NCBI GenBank assembly: GCA_016839945.1
Contig: JAEOTE010000027.1
Span: 1-64,000, forward strand
From: Candidatus Heimdallarchaeota archaeon
Lineage (GTDB): Archaea > Asgardarchaeota > Heimdallarchaeia > Heimdallarchaeales > Heimdallarchaeaceae
DNA: 64,000 nt
Direction of reading: 5' to 3'
This document shows, piece by piece, positions 55,046 to 64,000 of this stretch. The position numbers and the translations under genes were made by a program. Positions within the stretch are counted from its first letter, which is position 1; each line of letters starts with the position of its first letter. Under the pieces are notes generated by a model that was not told where the DNA came from, ran no database searches, and was given only the letters and a program-made list of their open reading frames with translations.

Positions 55046-57808
55046 CTAGATGAAATGCTGACTTACAATTCTTTTTTTTGTCTCTTGAATTTTATCAACT
55101 AGTGGTTTATTTTCATCTTTTGAGAAGATATCCCAAAAGAAAATCATCTCTTGCTCAATCCAATGATAAATTTTTTCTGCTTGAACAAAATCTGTTTTGT
55201 TTACATAAATTTCTGCTTTATCTCTTAGAAGCTCAACTAACAAAATAGGATCTACTATCCACTCATAATGTTTGATTAAATTATCTAACAGCTCTGATTT
55301 GGACATTTTGATTGTTTTTTGAATTTTAGAAGGAATTTGGTCAAAGCTTTCATGTAATAATTGACTTGCAGTTACGAAGAAGTAATTCCAAGTGTGTTCA
55401 GGATAGTGGAAGATATCTTTTCTTTCTTTTAATGTTGCAATAATCCAATCAAGCATTTGCGAAGCAGAATCATATTCTTTTAGTGAAATCAAATGTTTTG
55501 AAACATGAAGATAGATTAGAAAACCTGAATCTTTTATTTCTCTTTCTTTGCAAATTTCAAAAAGTGTAGTCATTTTAGGTATCTTCTTTAGCATAAGAAT
55601 GAAAAGCTCTAAGCTCTTTTCCCAATCTTTGTATTCACAAAGTTCGCAAAAATCATTGATTGTAGCTAGTATATGTTCCTTTTTCTCAATTTTGTCATCT
55701 GGATAGATTTTCTCAATAATATCTGTTAAGAGTGAATATTTCTTATTCTCGAATTTTTCAGAATTTAATTTCAACTCTTTTAACAAATTTTTAGTTACCT
55801 TATCTTTAGATATTACAGAAGCAATTATTTTGAAGTATATACTCTCTAGGATTTTTTCCTTATTATCCAGTTTTAGAGCTATTTCGTGTAATTTTTGATT
55901 TAGTTCTTTTTTTTGTACAATTTCATCATTTTGTAATGATAGAAATTCGCCTTTAAGTTGTAACCATGCAAACTGATAGAAGTAATCCCACCAAAATCTG
56001 TTATCTCCTATTTTTAGAAAAACATTAATCATATTTTTGAAAAATTCAGATAGTTCAGCATTACTTACTGAAATCCCGTAAGCATGTCTTAATAAGTTAG
56101 TTAGAGGGAATATATCATCTTCATTTCGTAAAGATAAATCGAAAATTGTTATTGGATCACTCCGAAAAAGTTGAAGAAAACCATCATTACGAACAAAATG
56201 ATATTGTTTTTTTAAAGTTAAAGCAGAACTAAGTAACTTTGATTTTAGTATTTTGAAGTTCTTATCTTGGTTAAAATACTTAAATAAATTCAATTCTGGT
56301 GGTTGTTTGGGGAAGTATATGGTTGCTTCAGCTGCTGGACAATTTACTGCTCTTTGTATTTCTAAAAGAACAGCTTCTACATCCTCAAAATTGCTAATCT
56401 TTTGATCTTGATCTTTGGTTAATATACCAATAACAGAATAATAAGGTGATAGTGTTGAGTGTAGAGATTGAGATACGTTCTTCTCTATTTTAAAATCTTC
56501 TTTCATTAAAACATGAATAGTTTCCTCAGCAATTTTTAACTTTAAAACAAAAAAGCATTTTTCTTCTTCTTCTGTCAACCCTTCAATTTTTAATTTCTTC
56601 TCTTCTACACTTGTTTTAGCAGCTTTTTCTAGAATTCTCATAAAATGTGAATAAGAAGTTGCAGGATAACTGTTAATGGGAGAATATAAAACATTCAGAA
56701 GCCATTTTGTTGTAGAACTGTTTTCATAGATTTCAATTGATTTAATTAAAAATGGATCAAATAAGGCATCAAATGGCATATAATAAAAGATCAAACTTGT
56801 GATTTCTGTTTTTTTGAACTGTAATAAAGGTAGAATTTTCTCATATTTCTTCTCTTTTACATATTGAATTGCTTTATTCATAATCTCATTTGATTTCTCA
56901 AAGTCATTAATATCATAAAACGCATCTACAAGTTTCTGGCATAAGAAGAGATATTTTTCTTCATCCATCCAACGAGCAGTTTGAAGTATTAAATCAGCAA
57001 AACCATGGAGGATTTCAGGCTCTGTTAGCATGAGAGATTTTGCAAAAAGTGTATCCAAATTAAGTATTATATCCCCAAAAAGGTGAGTAGCTGTAGCTAG
57101 TTGATTTAAAACTGAACTAATATCATCTTTTACTTCTTTTAATCTTGATTCTTTGTAAGAAAGACTGATAGAGCCCATAACTGTTAGAAGATAAACTATA
57201 ATCATAAAAAATGAAGTGAGATCTTGGGGATCTTCTTTTATTTGCTCAAACCAGTGTAAAGTTGCATCAAATCCTCTGGCATAATCGTCTAGCTCCCAAT
57301 AGGATCTTGCTTTCAATTCACATATTACTCTTGAATTTTCTTCGTTTATATCAGAGTGTTTACTAATCTCTCTAATTTCCTTTAAAGTATCTTTAAATTT
57401 CCTAGCTCTAAATTTTTCAAATGCTAATTGAACTCTAATCCCTATTTCAATTTCATTAATTTTTAATTTCCGAGCGAGTTTTAAACTAAGATTAAGATTC
57501 GGTAAAGAATCTTCATTTCTATAATTGGATATTTGTGCTCTAAGCAAATGAGCTTTCATTTTGGTAAAATCATCTTTCCACTGGTTAGATAAGTTAAATA
57601 AGATATCACAAATCTCTTCCGATCTTTTATAATCACTATTATTTAGAAAATCTTGCCCCTTTAGAGCTAAATCTATAACAAGTTTTTCGTTATCATTTGT
57701 GAAATCAAATGTATATTTCTTAGCAAGTTTCTTTAAATCTTCCACACTATAAAGTTCTTTGTTTTTTTTATCCTTCCCCCTCTTTTTATTACCAGTGTGA
57801 GTAGACAA
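55046..57808 (-). CDS. Large (920 aa) mostly helical, TPR-like hypothetical protein
   Basis: Uninterrupted long ORF; amphipathic helix pairs at both ends and a beta-rich middle segment. Confidence 0.75.
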   Translation of the reverse strand: MSTHTGNKKRGKDKKNKELYSVEDLKKLAKKYTFDFTNDNEKLVIDLALKGQDFLNNSDYKRSEEICDILFNLSNQWKDDFTKMKAHLLRAQISNYRNEDSLPNLNLSLKLARKLKINEIEIGIRVQLAFEKFRARKFKDTLKEIREISKHSDINEENSRVICELKARSYWELDDYARGFDATLHWFEQIKEDPQDLTSFFMIIVYLLTVMGSISLSYKESRLKEVKDDISSVLNQLATATHLFGDIILNLDTLFAKSLMLTEPEILHGFADLILQTARWMDEEKYLFLCQKLVDAFYDINDFEKSNEIMNKAIQYVKEKKYEKILPLLQFKKTEITSLIFYYMPFDALFDPFLIKSIEIYENSSTTKWLLNVLYSPINSYPATSYSHFMRILEKAAKTSVEEKKLKIEGLTEEEEKCFFVLKLKIAEETIHVLMKEDFKIEKNVSQSLHSTLSPYYSVIGILTKDQDQKISNFEDVEAVLLEIQRAVNCPAAEATIYFPKQPPELNLFKYFNQDKNFKILKSKLLSSALTLKKQYHFVRNDGFLQLFRSDPITIFDLSLRNEDDIFPLTNLLRHAYGISVSNAELSEFFKNMINVFLKIGDNRFWWDYFYQFAWLQLKGEFLSLQNDEIVQKKELNQKLHEIALKLDNKEKILESIYFKIIASVISKDKVTKNLLKELKLNSEKFENKKYSLLTDIIEKIYPDDKIEKKEHILATINDFCELCEYKDWEKSLELFILMLKKIPKMTTLFEICKEREIKDSGFLIYLHVSKHLISLKEYDSASQMLDWIIATLKERKDIFHYPEHTWNYFFVTASQLLHESFDQIPSKIQKTIKMSKSELLDNLIKHYEWIVDPILLVELLRDKAEIYVNKTDFVQAEKIYHWIEQEMIFFWDIFSKDENKPLVDKIQETKKRIVSQHFI

Positions 57809-58036
57809 TCTAATTCTAACCTTTTTAAACGATTATCATCTTTGAAGTCGATATATCAAGCTTTTGCTTCAACAAAATTTCTACTGCGAAAAAACTTCAC
57901 GTAGATGTTTCAGTGCGTAAATTGAGTAATCACAACTTACAGACCAACCTGTTTCTTTTCCATTATTTCTTTATTTCTTTTAGTTTCCACAAAAGTTTTT
58001 AAATTTAACAACGTTAATTGTAGATAAGGTGGATTT

Positions 58037-58948
58037 ATGGGGATAAATTCAGGGGAAAGCGAAAAAGATCTGGAAATCGAGCTAATTGAGAGTTTAATAG
58101 ATAATAGTTTGTATGATGAAGCTTTATCTTTCTTAGATAGATTATTTAAAAAATATCAAGATGAGTACTTTATCTACCTTAGAGGGAGAGTTTTTTATCT
58201 GACAGGAAAATTCCGTCAAGCTATAGAGGAATTAACTACAGTTATAACACAGGATTCAGACTTCTGGGAAGCTTATCAATTATTAGGAGAGATATATAGA
58301 TCTACAAATCAACCAGAATTAGCTGAAAGTTATTACTTTAAAGCTACTTCACTTAATCCTAGAGCTTATCAATCCTGGTTAGGAAGAGGGAAGCTTGCTA
58401 TTCAGCGAGGGGAGCATCAAATAGCTGTTCTAAGTTTCGAAACATATTTGAGGATACAAGAAGAAGATTCGGAAGTTTGGAGATTATTAGGCAAAGCATA
58501 CAAAGATATGGAAAATTATACTTCTGCTATTGATGCATACAATGAAGCAATAGAACTTTCTCCTACAGACCAAGAAATCTATGAAGAGATGGGAGATTTA
58601 TACTTAGTAATGGGTAGAGCAGATTTAGCTAAAGAGAGATATTTACAAGGTTTGCAAGTTGAAGTGACAACTAGACCTGTTAATAAGGAGCTCTACATTA
58701 AGTTGTCGAAGTTATATATAGAAGAAAGACAACACCAAAGAGCATTCAATCTATGCAATGAACTCTTAGCTTTACAAAAAGATGAGCCTGATGCTCTATT
58801 TGTATCTGGAATTGCATTAGTTCGCATGGGACAAAAATACGAAGGTACTAGAAGAATAAAAACCGCGTATGAGATAATTCATAAAGACGAGTATAAAGAA
58901 TTCCTTGATAAGCTAGAAGCTGAAATTTATGGACCAAAATATGCATAA
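58037..58948 (+). CDS. TPR-repeat protein
   Basis: Multiple TPR units (AYQLLGEIY, WRLLGKAY...A..AYNEAIELSP). Confidence 0.92.
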   Translation: MGINSGESEKDLEIELIESLIDNSLYDEALSFLDRLFKKYQDEYFIYLRGRVFYLTGKFRQAIEELTTVITQDSDFWEAYQLLGEIYRSTNQPELAESYYFKATSLNPRAYQSWLGRGKLAIQRGEHQIAVLSFETYLRIQEEDSEVWRLLGKAYKDMENYTSAIDAYNEAIELSPTDQEIYEEMGDLYLVMGRADLAKERYLQGLQVEVTTRPVNKELYIKLSKLYIEERQHQRAFNLCNELLALQKDEPDALFVSGIALVRMGQKYEGTRRIKTAYEIIHKDEYKEFLDKLEAEIYGPKYA

Positions 58949-58995
58949 ATGCTTAGTGAACAAATTATAATTAGAACTATAATATTGTGAAACAG

Positions 58996-59748
58996 ATGTC
59001 ACAATCTAACAAAGAAACTGAATTTTTTCTAAAAATAACGGAAGAGAATTTAGCACGCTACTGCTTTCTTGTATGGGATTTTTTTACATTTCCTGAATTT
59101 GTAAAACTTGAATTAATTGAGAATACTCTTCGTTCAACTTATGAACAATATACTTTTCTTTATGGTCCTCCTAAGGAAATAATACTAGAGAATTTTAATC
59201 CTAAAGGAGAACTAATCTTGTCTTTCGACGCTGAATGGATACCTTATATAGAGAAATATTTTACAGATTTTAATTTGCTAGTTCAGGTGGAAGAAGAGAC
59301 TAAATTCAACACATTCTTATGCATGCAATTAAGTAAAGATCAATTCAAACCTAAAGAAAATTATATTTCAAGTGAAATAACTGAAAATGATAGAAGAAGG
59401 ATGCATTACAAAAGACAACTGCATCTTTCACGCGGTTTTGGGGGTGTAGGTATTTTTGAAAATGATACACTTGTAGGATGTGGATTTGCTCCTCATGTGG
59501 TACAAAATGAGAATTTCTCATTTGCAATAGTTAGAGACATATGGGTTAAGCCTGATAGAAGAAACAAAGGTTTTGGATATGATTTGAGTTCTAAAATTTG
59601 TGAAGTGTCATTCAAAAAGGGAGTGGAAACGATATTTCTGTGGGTAGAAGAAAGAAACTATCCTGCAGTGAAAATCTATGAAAAATTAGGTTTTCAAACA
59701 ATGGACAAATCTATATCAGTTGTATGTATAAAGAAGAAAAAGAAATAA
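58996..59748 (+). CDS. GNAT acetyltransferase (C-terminal GNAT domain)
   Basis: IWVKPDRRNKGFG, N.PAVKIYEKLGF. Confidence 0.88.
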   Translation: MSQSNKETEFFLKITEENLARYCFLVWDFFTFPEFVKLELIENTLRSTYEQYTFLYGPPKEIILENFNPKGELILSFDAEWIPYIEKYFTDFNLLVQVEEETKFNTFLCMQLSKDQFKPKENYISSEITENDRRRMHYKRQLHLSRGFGGVGIFENDTLVGCGFAPHVVQNENFSFAIVRDIWVKPDRRNKGFGYDLSSKICEVSFKKGVETIFLWVEERNYPAVKIYEKLGFQTMDKSISVVCIKKKKK

Positions 59749-59770
59749 ATTGAAAAAATAAAATAGATTT

Positions 59771-60304
59771 ATGTGGTTCATTGGTGGAACAGAAATTAAG
59801 CTCATTCAAGGTGATATTACTAATTCAGAAACAGATGCTATTGTTAATGCAGCTAATACTGGGCTTATTTTAGGAGCAGGCGTTGCAGGAGCTATTAAGA
59901 AAAAGGGAGGTCCAGCTATTCAAGAGAAGTGTATCGAAATTGGTCCTATTGAACTAGGAGACGCAGTAGCAACTACTGGAGGTAATCTTATTGCAAAATT
60001 TGTAATTCATGCAGCTTCTATGCATTTAGGAGGAAAAACTAATGAACAATCGTTAAAATATTCAATCTGGAATAGTCTAAGGGTAGGTAATGAAATAAAC
60101 TTACAATCGATTGCATTTCCAGCGATAGGAACAGGTATAGCAGGTTTTCCTTTAGATAAATGTGCAGAAATCATGCTAGAAGTATTTAACAATTACTTAA
60201 AATCAGAAGATCACGTCTATATTTCGATCGAAGTAGTTCTTTTTTCAGAGAAGGACTACAATACTTTCAAAGATATTTTTACTAAATATTTAAATAAATT
60301 ATAG
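59771..60304 (+). CDS. Macrodomain protein (MacroD/YmdB/AF1521 type)
   Basis: QGDIT, DAIVNAAN, GAGVAGAI, VIHA, SIAFPAIGTGIAGFP. Confidence 0.93.
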   Translation: MWFIGGTEIKLIQGDITNSETDAIVNAANTGLILGAGVAGAIKKKGGPAIQEKCIEIGPIELGDAVATTGGNLIAKFVIHAASMHLGGKTNEQSLKYSIWNSLRVGNEINLQSIAFPAIGTGIAGFPLDKCAEIMLEVFNNYLKSEDHVYISIEVVLFSEKDYNTFKDIFTKYLNKL

Positions 60305-60613
60305 ACCAATAAATTTTCTAAATTGCTTTTCTAAATCTTTTTTATCTACAGGTGTGTTTACATCCGAAACAACAATAATTGGAGTTTCTTCTTCTATTCT
60401 ATAAACATCTATTGTATCTTGTATTTCTTCTGCAGTAGATGCAGAGATTATTATTAGAGAGTATTTCTCTTCGATTGCTTTTTCTAGAATCTCTAAAGCT
60501 TCTGATGCATTGGAAACCTCTTTACCTTCAACACCTATTAATTGAAATCCACGTACTGTTTCCCTTGCTCCTAGAACAAAAGCTCTTTTTGAAGAACCTA
60601 ACATCTCTTCCAT
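60299..60613 (-). CDS. atpF: A/V-type ATP synthase subunit F
   Basis: AFVLG.RETVRGFQLIGVEG, LIII, P.IV, C-terminal RKFIG. Confidence 0.85.
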   Translation of the reverse strand: MEEMLGSSKRAFVLGARETVRGFQLIGVEGKEVSNASEALEILEKAIEEKYSLIIISASTAEEIQDTIDVYRIEEETPIIVVSDVNTPVDKKDLEKQFRKFIGL

Positions 60614-60733
60614 TAACTAGAATTACAGGTTAATGGTTTAAAGTTTTAGCTTTTGTCTCCTAATCTGATTAATGAACAACACATTCTTTGGGAAACAGTA
60701 AAGTACTTATTACGTTATTATTTATTTATCAAA

Positions 60734-62530
60734 ATGACTCTCATAGAAGAAAGTGCTCGTATTGTTTCAATAAAAGGGTCTACTGTACAGGCAAAAGGTC
60801 TTTCTTCTTATAGAATGGGAGAAATAACATATGTGGGAGAAGAGAGGCTTATTGGTGAAGTTATTGCCATTGTGCATGATACAGCTACAGTTCAAGTTTA
60901 TGAACCTCTTGAAGGATTAAGGATTAATGATCCTTTATATCCCACTGGAAAATCTCTTTCTGCTGAACTTGGTCCTGGTTTATTATCTAATATTTTTGAT
61001 GGAATACAAAGACCTCTTGATAATATAAAAAACATCTCTGGTTCAGGATTTATTGAGAGAGGGATTCAAACAAATGCTCTTGATAGACAACAAAAATGGG
61101 TATTTGAACCTAGAAAAGAATTAAAGAAGGGAGAAATCATCAAAGAAGGAGATGTTTTAGGAAAAGTCAAAGAAACAGAATCTATCACTAGCAGTGTGTT
61201 AATTCCTCCAGGTAAAAGTGGAGAGCTTGTTGAGATTATGGAAAAAGGTGAATATACCGTCTCTGATACAGTTGCTGTTTATAAAAATAAATCCGGATCA
61301 AAAGCAGAATTAACAATGATGCATGAATGGCCTGTTAGAATTGCTAGACCTTACTTAAACAAACTTCCTGTTAGTGGTCCATTAATTACAGGACAAAGGA
61401 TAGTAGATATGTTCTTTCCAATATCAAAGGGGGGAACAGCAGCAATTCCAGGAGGTTTTGGTACTGGAAAAACTGTTCTTCAACACCAGCTATCAAAATG
61501 GAGTGATGCTAATGTTGTTATTTACATAGGTTGTGGAGAGAGAGGTAATGAAATGACAGATGTACTTCGAGAATTTCCAAAATTAATTGATCCACACACA
61601 AACAATCCTCTTATGGATAGAACATTGCTTATAGCAAATGTTTCCAATATGCCAGTTGCAGCAAGGGAAGCTTCAATTTACATGGGGATAACAATGGCTG
61701 AATACTATAGAGATCAAGGCTACAATGTACTTTTAACAGCTGATAGCACATCACGTTGGGCCGAAGCTCTTCGTGAAATATCAGGACAATTAGAAGAGAT
61801 GCCAGTTGAATCTGGTTATCCAGCATATTTAGGAGCTCGATTAGCTAATTTTTACGAAAGAGCTGGTCAAGTAGTTGCATTGGGATCTCCTTATAGAGAA
61901 GGCTCAATAAATATAACAGCAGCAGTTTCTCCACCAGGTGGAGATTTTAGTGAACCAGTTACAGCTAATACAAAGAGATTTGTCAAAACATTCTGGGGAT
62001 TAGATCCTGCATTAGCAAATAGGAAGCATTTTCCATCAATTAACTGGCAAAATAGTTATTCAGGATATATAGAAGAAATAGAAGAATGGGCGTTAGAGAC
62101 AGGGTTAATGGATTGGGGGAGATATAGACAAGAGATGCTCAAGATTTTGCAGAAAGATAATGAGTTAGAACATATAGTGGAACTGATAGGATCCAAAGCA
62201 CTTCCAGCTGATGAACAACTAATTATCTTAATTGCTGATATCATTAAGGAAGGATTCTTACAGCAGAACGCATTTCATCCTATTGATACATTTTGTTCGA
62301 TAGAAAAACAAATGAAAATGATGAATCTAATTCTATTATTCCACGAACGGGCTAATATTCTAATAAAGAATGGATGCCCTATTTCTCTTATCAATTCATT
62401 AAGAACCGTTCAGATACTGAAAATGATGAAGGAAGAAATTAGAAATGAAGACTTAACTCAACTTAACAAAATTGAAGATCATATAATTTTTGATATGGAA
62501 GAACTAGGATCCAAATATGGATACAAGTAG
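60734..62530 (+). CDS. atpA: A/V-type ATP synthase subunit A (no intein)
   Basis: [63 protein letters not shown] at 60734 is the likely start. Confidence 0.97.
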   Translation: MTLIEESARIVSIKGSTVQAKGLSSYRMGEITYVGEERLIGEVIAIVHDTATVQVYEPLEGLRINDPLYPTGKSLSAELGPGLLSNIFDGIQRPLDNIKNISGSGFIERGIQTNALDRQQKWVFEPRKELKKGEIIKEGDVLGKVKETESITSSVLIPPGKSGELVEIMEKGEYTVSDTVAVYKNKSGSKAELTMMHEWPVRIARPYLNKLPVSGPLITGQRIVDMFFPISKGGTAAIPGGFGTGKTVLQHQLSKWSDANVVIYIGCGERGNEMTDVLREFPKLIDPHTNNPLMDRTLLIANVSNMPVAAREASIYMGITMAEYYRDQGYNVLLTADSTSRWAEALREISGQLEEMPVESGYPAYLGARLANFYERAGQVVALGSPYREGSINITAAVSPPGGDFSEPVTANTKRFVKTFWGLDPALANRKHFPSINWQNSYSGYIEEIEEWALETGLMDWGRYRQEMLKILQKDNELEHIVELIGSKALPADEQLIILIADIIKEGFLQQNAFHPIDTFCSIEKQMKMMNLILLFHERANILIKNGCPISLINSLRTVQILKMMKEEIRNEDLTQLNKIEDHIIFDMEELGSKYGYK

Positions 62531-62538
62531 GGATTAAG

Positions 62539-63924
62539 ATGGCTAGAATAACAGTAAAAGGTGTTGCAGAAATTCGAGGACCTTTAATCATTATTGAAGG
62601 TATTTCTGGTATTCAAATGGGTGAATATTTAGAAGTGAGATTAAATGAACAATCCACTCGAAAAGGGAGAGTTCTAGCTATTGAGGAAGAGAAAGTCATT
62701 ATCTTACTCTATCAAGGAACATATGAAATTGAGAAAGACGAAATAGAAACAGAGTTCTTCGGAAGAACAATGCAATTATTTGTTTCAGAAGATATGATTG
62801 GCAGAACTTTCAATTCCCTAGGTGAACCTTTGGATGGGCTTCCTGCTATATATTCAGATGAATTTAGAGATGTGAATGGAGCTCCAATAAATCCAACATC
62901 TAGAATTTATCCGAGAAACTATATTGAAACAGGAATATCATCAATTGATTTAATGAATACTTTAGTTCGAGGACAAAAAATTCCAATTTTTACTGGAGCA
63001 GGTCTTCCCAATAATCAACTTATAGGCCAAATAATAAAGCAAGCAAGAATAGCTGAAGAAATTGAAGGAGAAAAATTTGCTATTGTTTTTGGGGCAATGG
63101 GTTTAACTATGGATGACTATATTTACTTCCAAAGATTATTCAAAGAAACAGGCACTTTGGATAAAGTTGTTATGTTTACAAATCTTGCTAGTGATTCAGC
63201 TGCTGAGGGATTATTGACTCCGAAAGTTGCTCTAACTACAGCTGAATACTTAGCTTTTGACTGTGATTATCATGTTCTAGCTATTTTATCAGATATAACA
63301 AATTATTGTCAAGCACTAAGAGAAGTGTCTGTGGCATTAGAAACAGTTCCTGCAAGGAAAGGATTTCCAGGTTATATGTACAGTGATCTAGCTTCTATAT
63401 ACGAAAGATCGGGAATAATGGAAGGGTCTAAAGGAAGTGTGACATTGATTGCTAATTTAACTATGCCAAATGATGATATAACTCATCCAGTTCCTGATTT
63501 AACGGGCTATATTACAGAAGGTCAGATAATTTTAGACAGGTCACTACATAATAGAAGCATTTACCCCCCAATAGATGTTTTAGAATCATTATCACGATTA
63601 ATGAAAGATGGAATTGGAGAAGGCTCTACTAGGGAAGATCATCCTTCTTTAAGCAATCAGCTATATTCTGCTTATGCTGAAGGATTAGACAAAAGAAAAT
63701 TAGCGGAGGTTATAGGAAGAAAAGAACTTAATAGAAGGGATCAGATTTTTCTGGATTTTGCAGATAAATTTGAGGAAATAATGGTGAATCAAGGTGATGT
63801 TCATAGAACAATGGAAGATTCATTAGATAAAGGTTGGAAGTTACTTACTTTGCTTCCAAAAGTAGAACTAACAAAAGTTTCAGAGAGTGAGATGACAAAA
63901 TATTGTCCAGAAGAGGAGGATTAG
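62539..63924 (+). CDS. atpB: A/V-type ATP synthase subunit B
   Basis: TGISSIDLMNTLVRGQKIPIF, ALTTAEYLA, GFPGYMYSDL..IYER, DDITHPVPDLTGYITEGQI. Confidence 0.97.
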   Translation: MARITVKGVAEIRGPLIIIEGISGIQMGEYLEVRLNEQSTRKGRVLAIEEEKVIILLYQGTYEIEKDEIETEFFGRTMQLFVSEDMIGRTFNSLGEPLDGLPAIYSDEFRDVNGAPINPTSRIYPRNYIETGISSIDLMNTLVRGQKIPIFTGAGLPNNQLIGQIIKQARIAEEIEGEKFAIVFGAMGLTMDDYIYFQRLFKETGTLDKVVMFTNLASDSAAEGLLTPKVALTTAEYLAFDCDYHVLAILSDITNYCQALREVSVALETVPARKGFPGYMYSDLASIYERSGIMEGSKGSVTLIANLTMPNDDITHPVPDLTGYITEGQIILDRSLHNRSIYPPIDVLESLSRLMKDGIGEGSTREDHPSLSNQLYSAYAEGLDKRKLAEVIGRKELNRRDQIFLDFADKFEEIMVNQGDVHRTMEDSLDKGWKLLTLLPKVELTKVSESEMTKYCPEEED

Positions 63925-63927
63925 GAT

Positions 63928-64000
63928 ATGAGAGAAGCAATTACTGTACCACCTACTAGGGATAATTTATTGAAATATAAGAAGAAACTACAATTGGTTG
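63928..64000 (+). CDS. atpD: A/V-type ATP synthase subunit D, N-terminus only (runs off the window)
   Basis: MREAITVPPTRDNLLKYKKKLQLV matches the subunit-D PTR..L..LK.KL start; directly follows subunit B. Confidence 0.8.
   Translation, partial: MREAITVPPTRDNLLKYKKKLQLV

Noticed and set aside
58037-60304. TPR-GNAT-macrodomain as a toxin-antitoxin or ADP-ribosylation defence system
   Set aside because: No ADP-ribosyltransferase or sirtuin partner is present; each gene is a common stand-alone family.

Overview
AT-rich, gene-dense archaeal chromosomal segment of about 55 CDS and one tRNA-Pro(GGG). I saw no rRNA, CRISPR array, transposase or integrase. The gene content points to an Asgard archaeon, most likely Heimdallarchaeia (inference): Cdc6/Orc1, AMP phosphorylase, A/V-ATPase F/A/B/D, a Rab-like GTPase, longin/uDENN-like and PCI-like domains, a C2H2 finger, and short intergenics with TATA-like boxes. 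Housekeeping and salvage genes are mixed with several unusual modules. (1) A family of alpha/beta-hydrolases with Cys at the nucleophile elbow (G-S-C-x-G) sits next to DegV/FakB-type fatty-acid-binding genes at two separate loci, inside a lipid-enzyme-rich region. This is my leading candidate for an undescribed system. (2) A three-gene operon is headed by a Rab-like GTPase with a non-canonical G3 motif. It is divergent from a small-protein plus radical-SAM/SPASM pair that may be a RiPP locus. (3) Several proto-eukaryotic trafficking-like proteins occur: uDENN/longin plus pseudo-GTPase fusions, a 7TM-longin fusion and a GAP1-N2/DENN-like protein. (4) There is a degenerate CofD-fold/PCI/C2H2 fusion. 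(5) There is a TusA-SQR-TusA-DsrE-DsrE-regulator sulfur operon. (6) A GC-richer 7-repeat surface beta-propeller gene contains a 59-bp exact internal repeat. All family calls come from motifs read by eye; no database searches were run.
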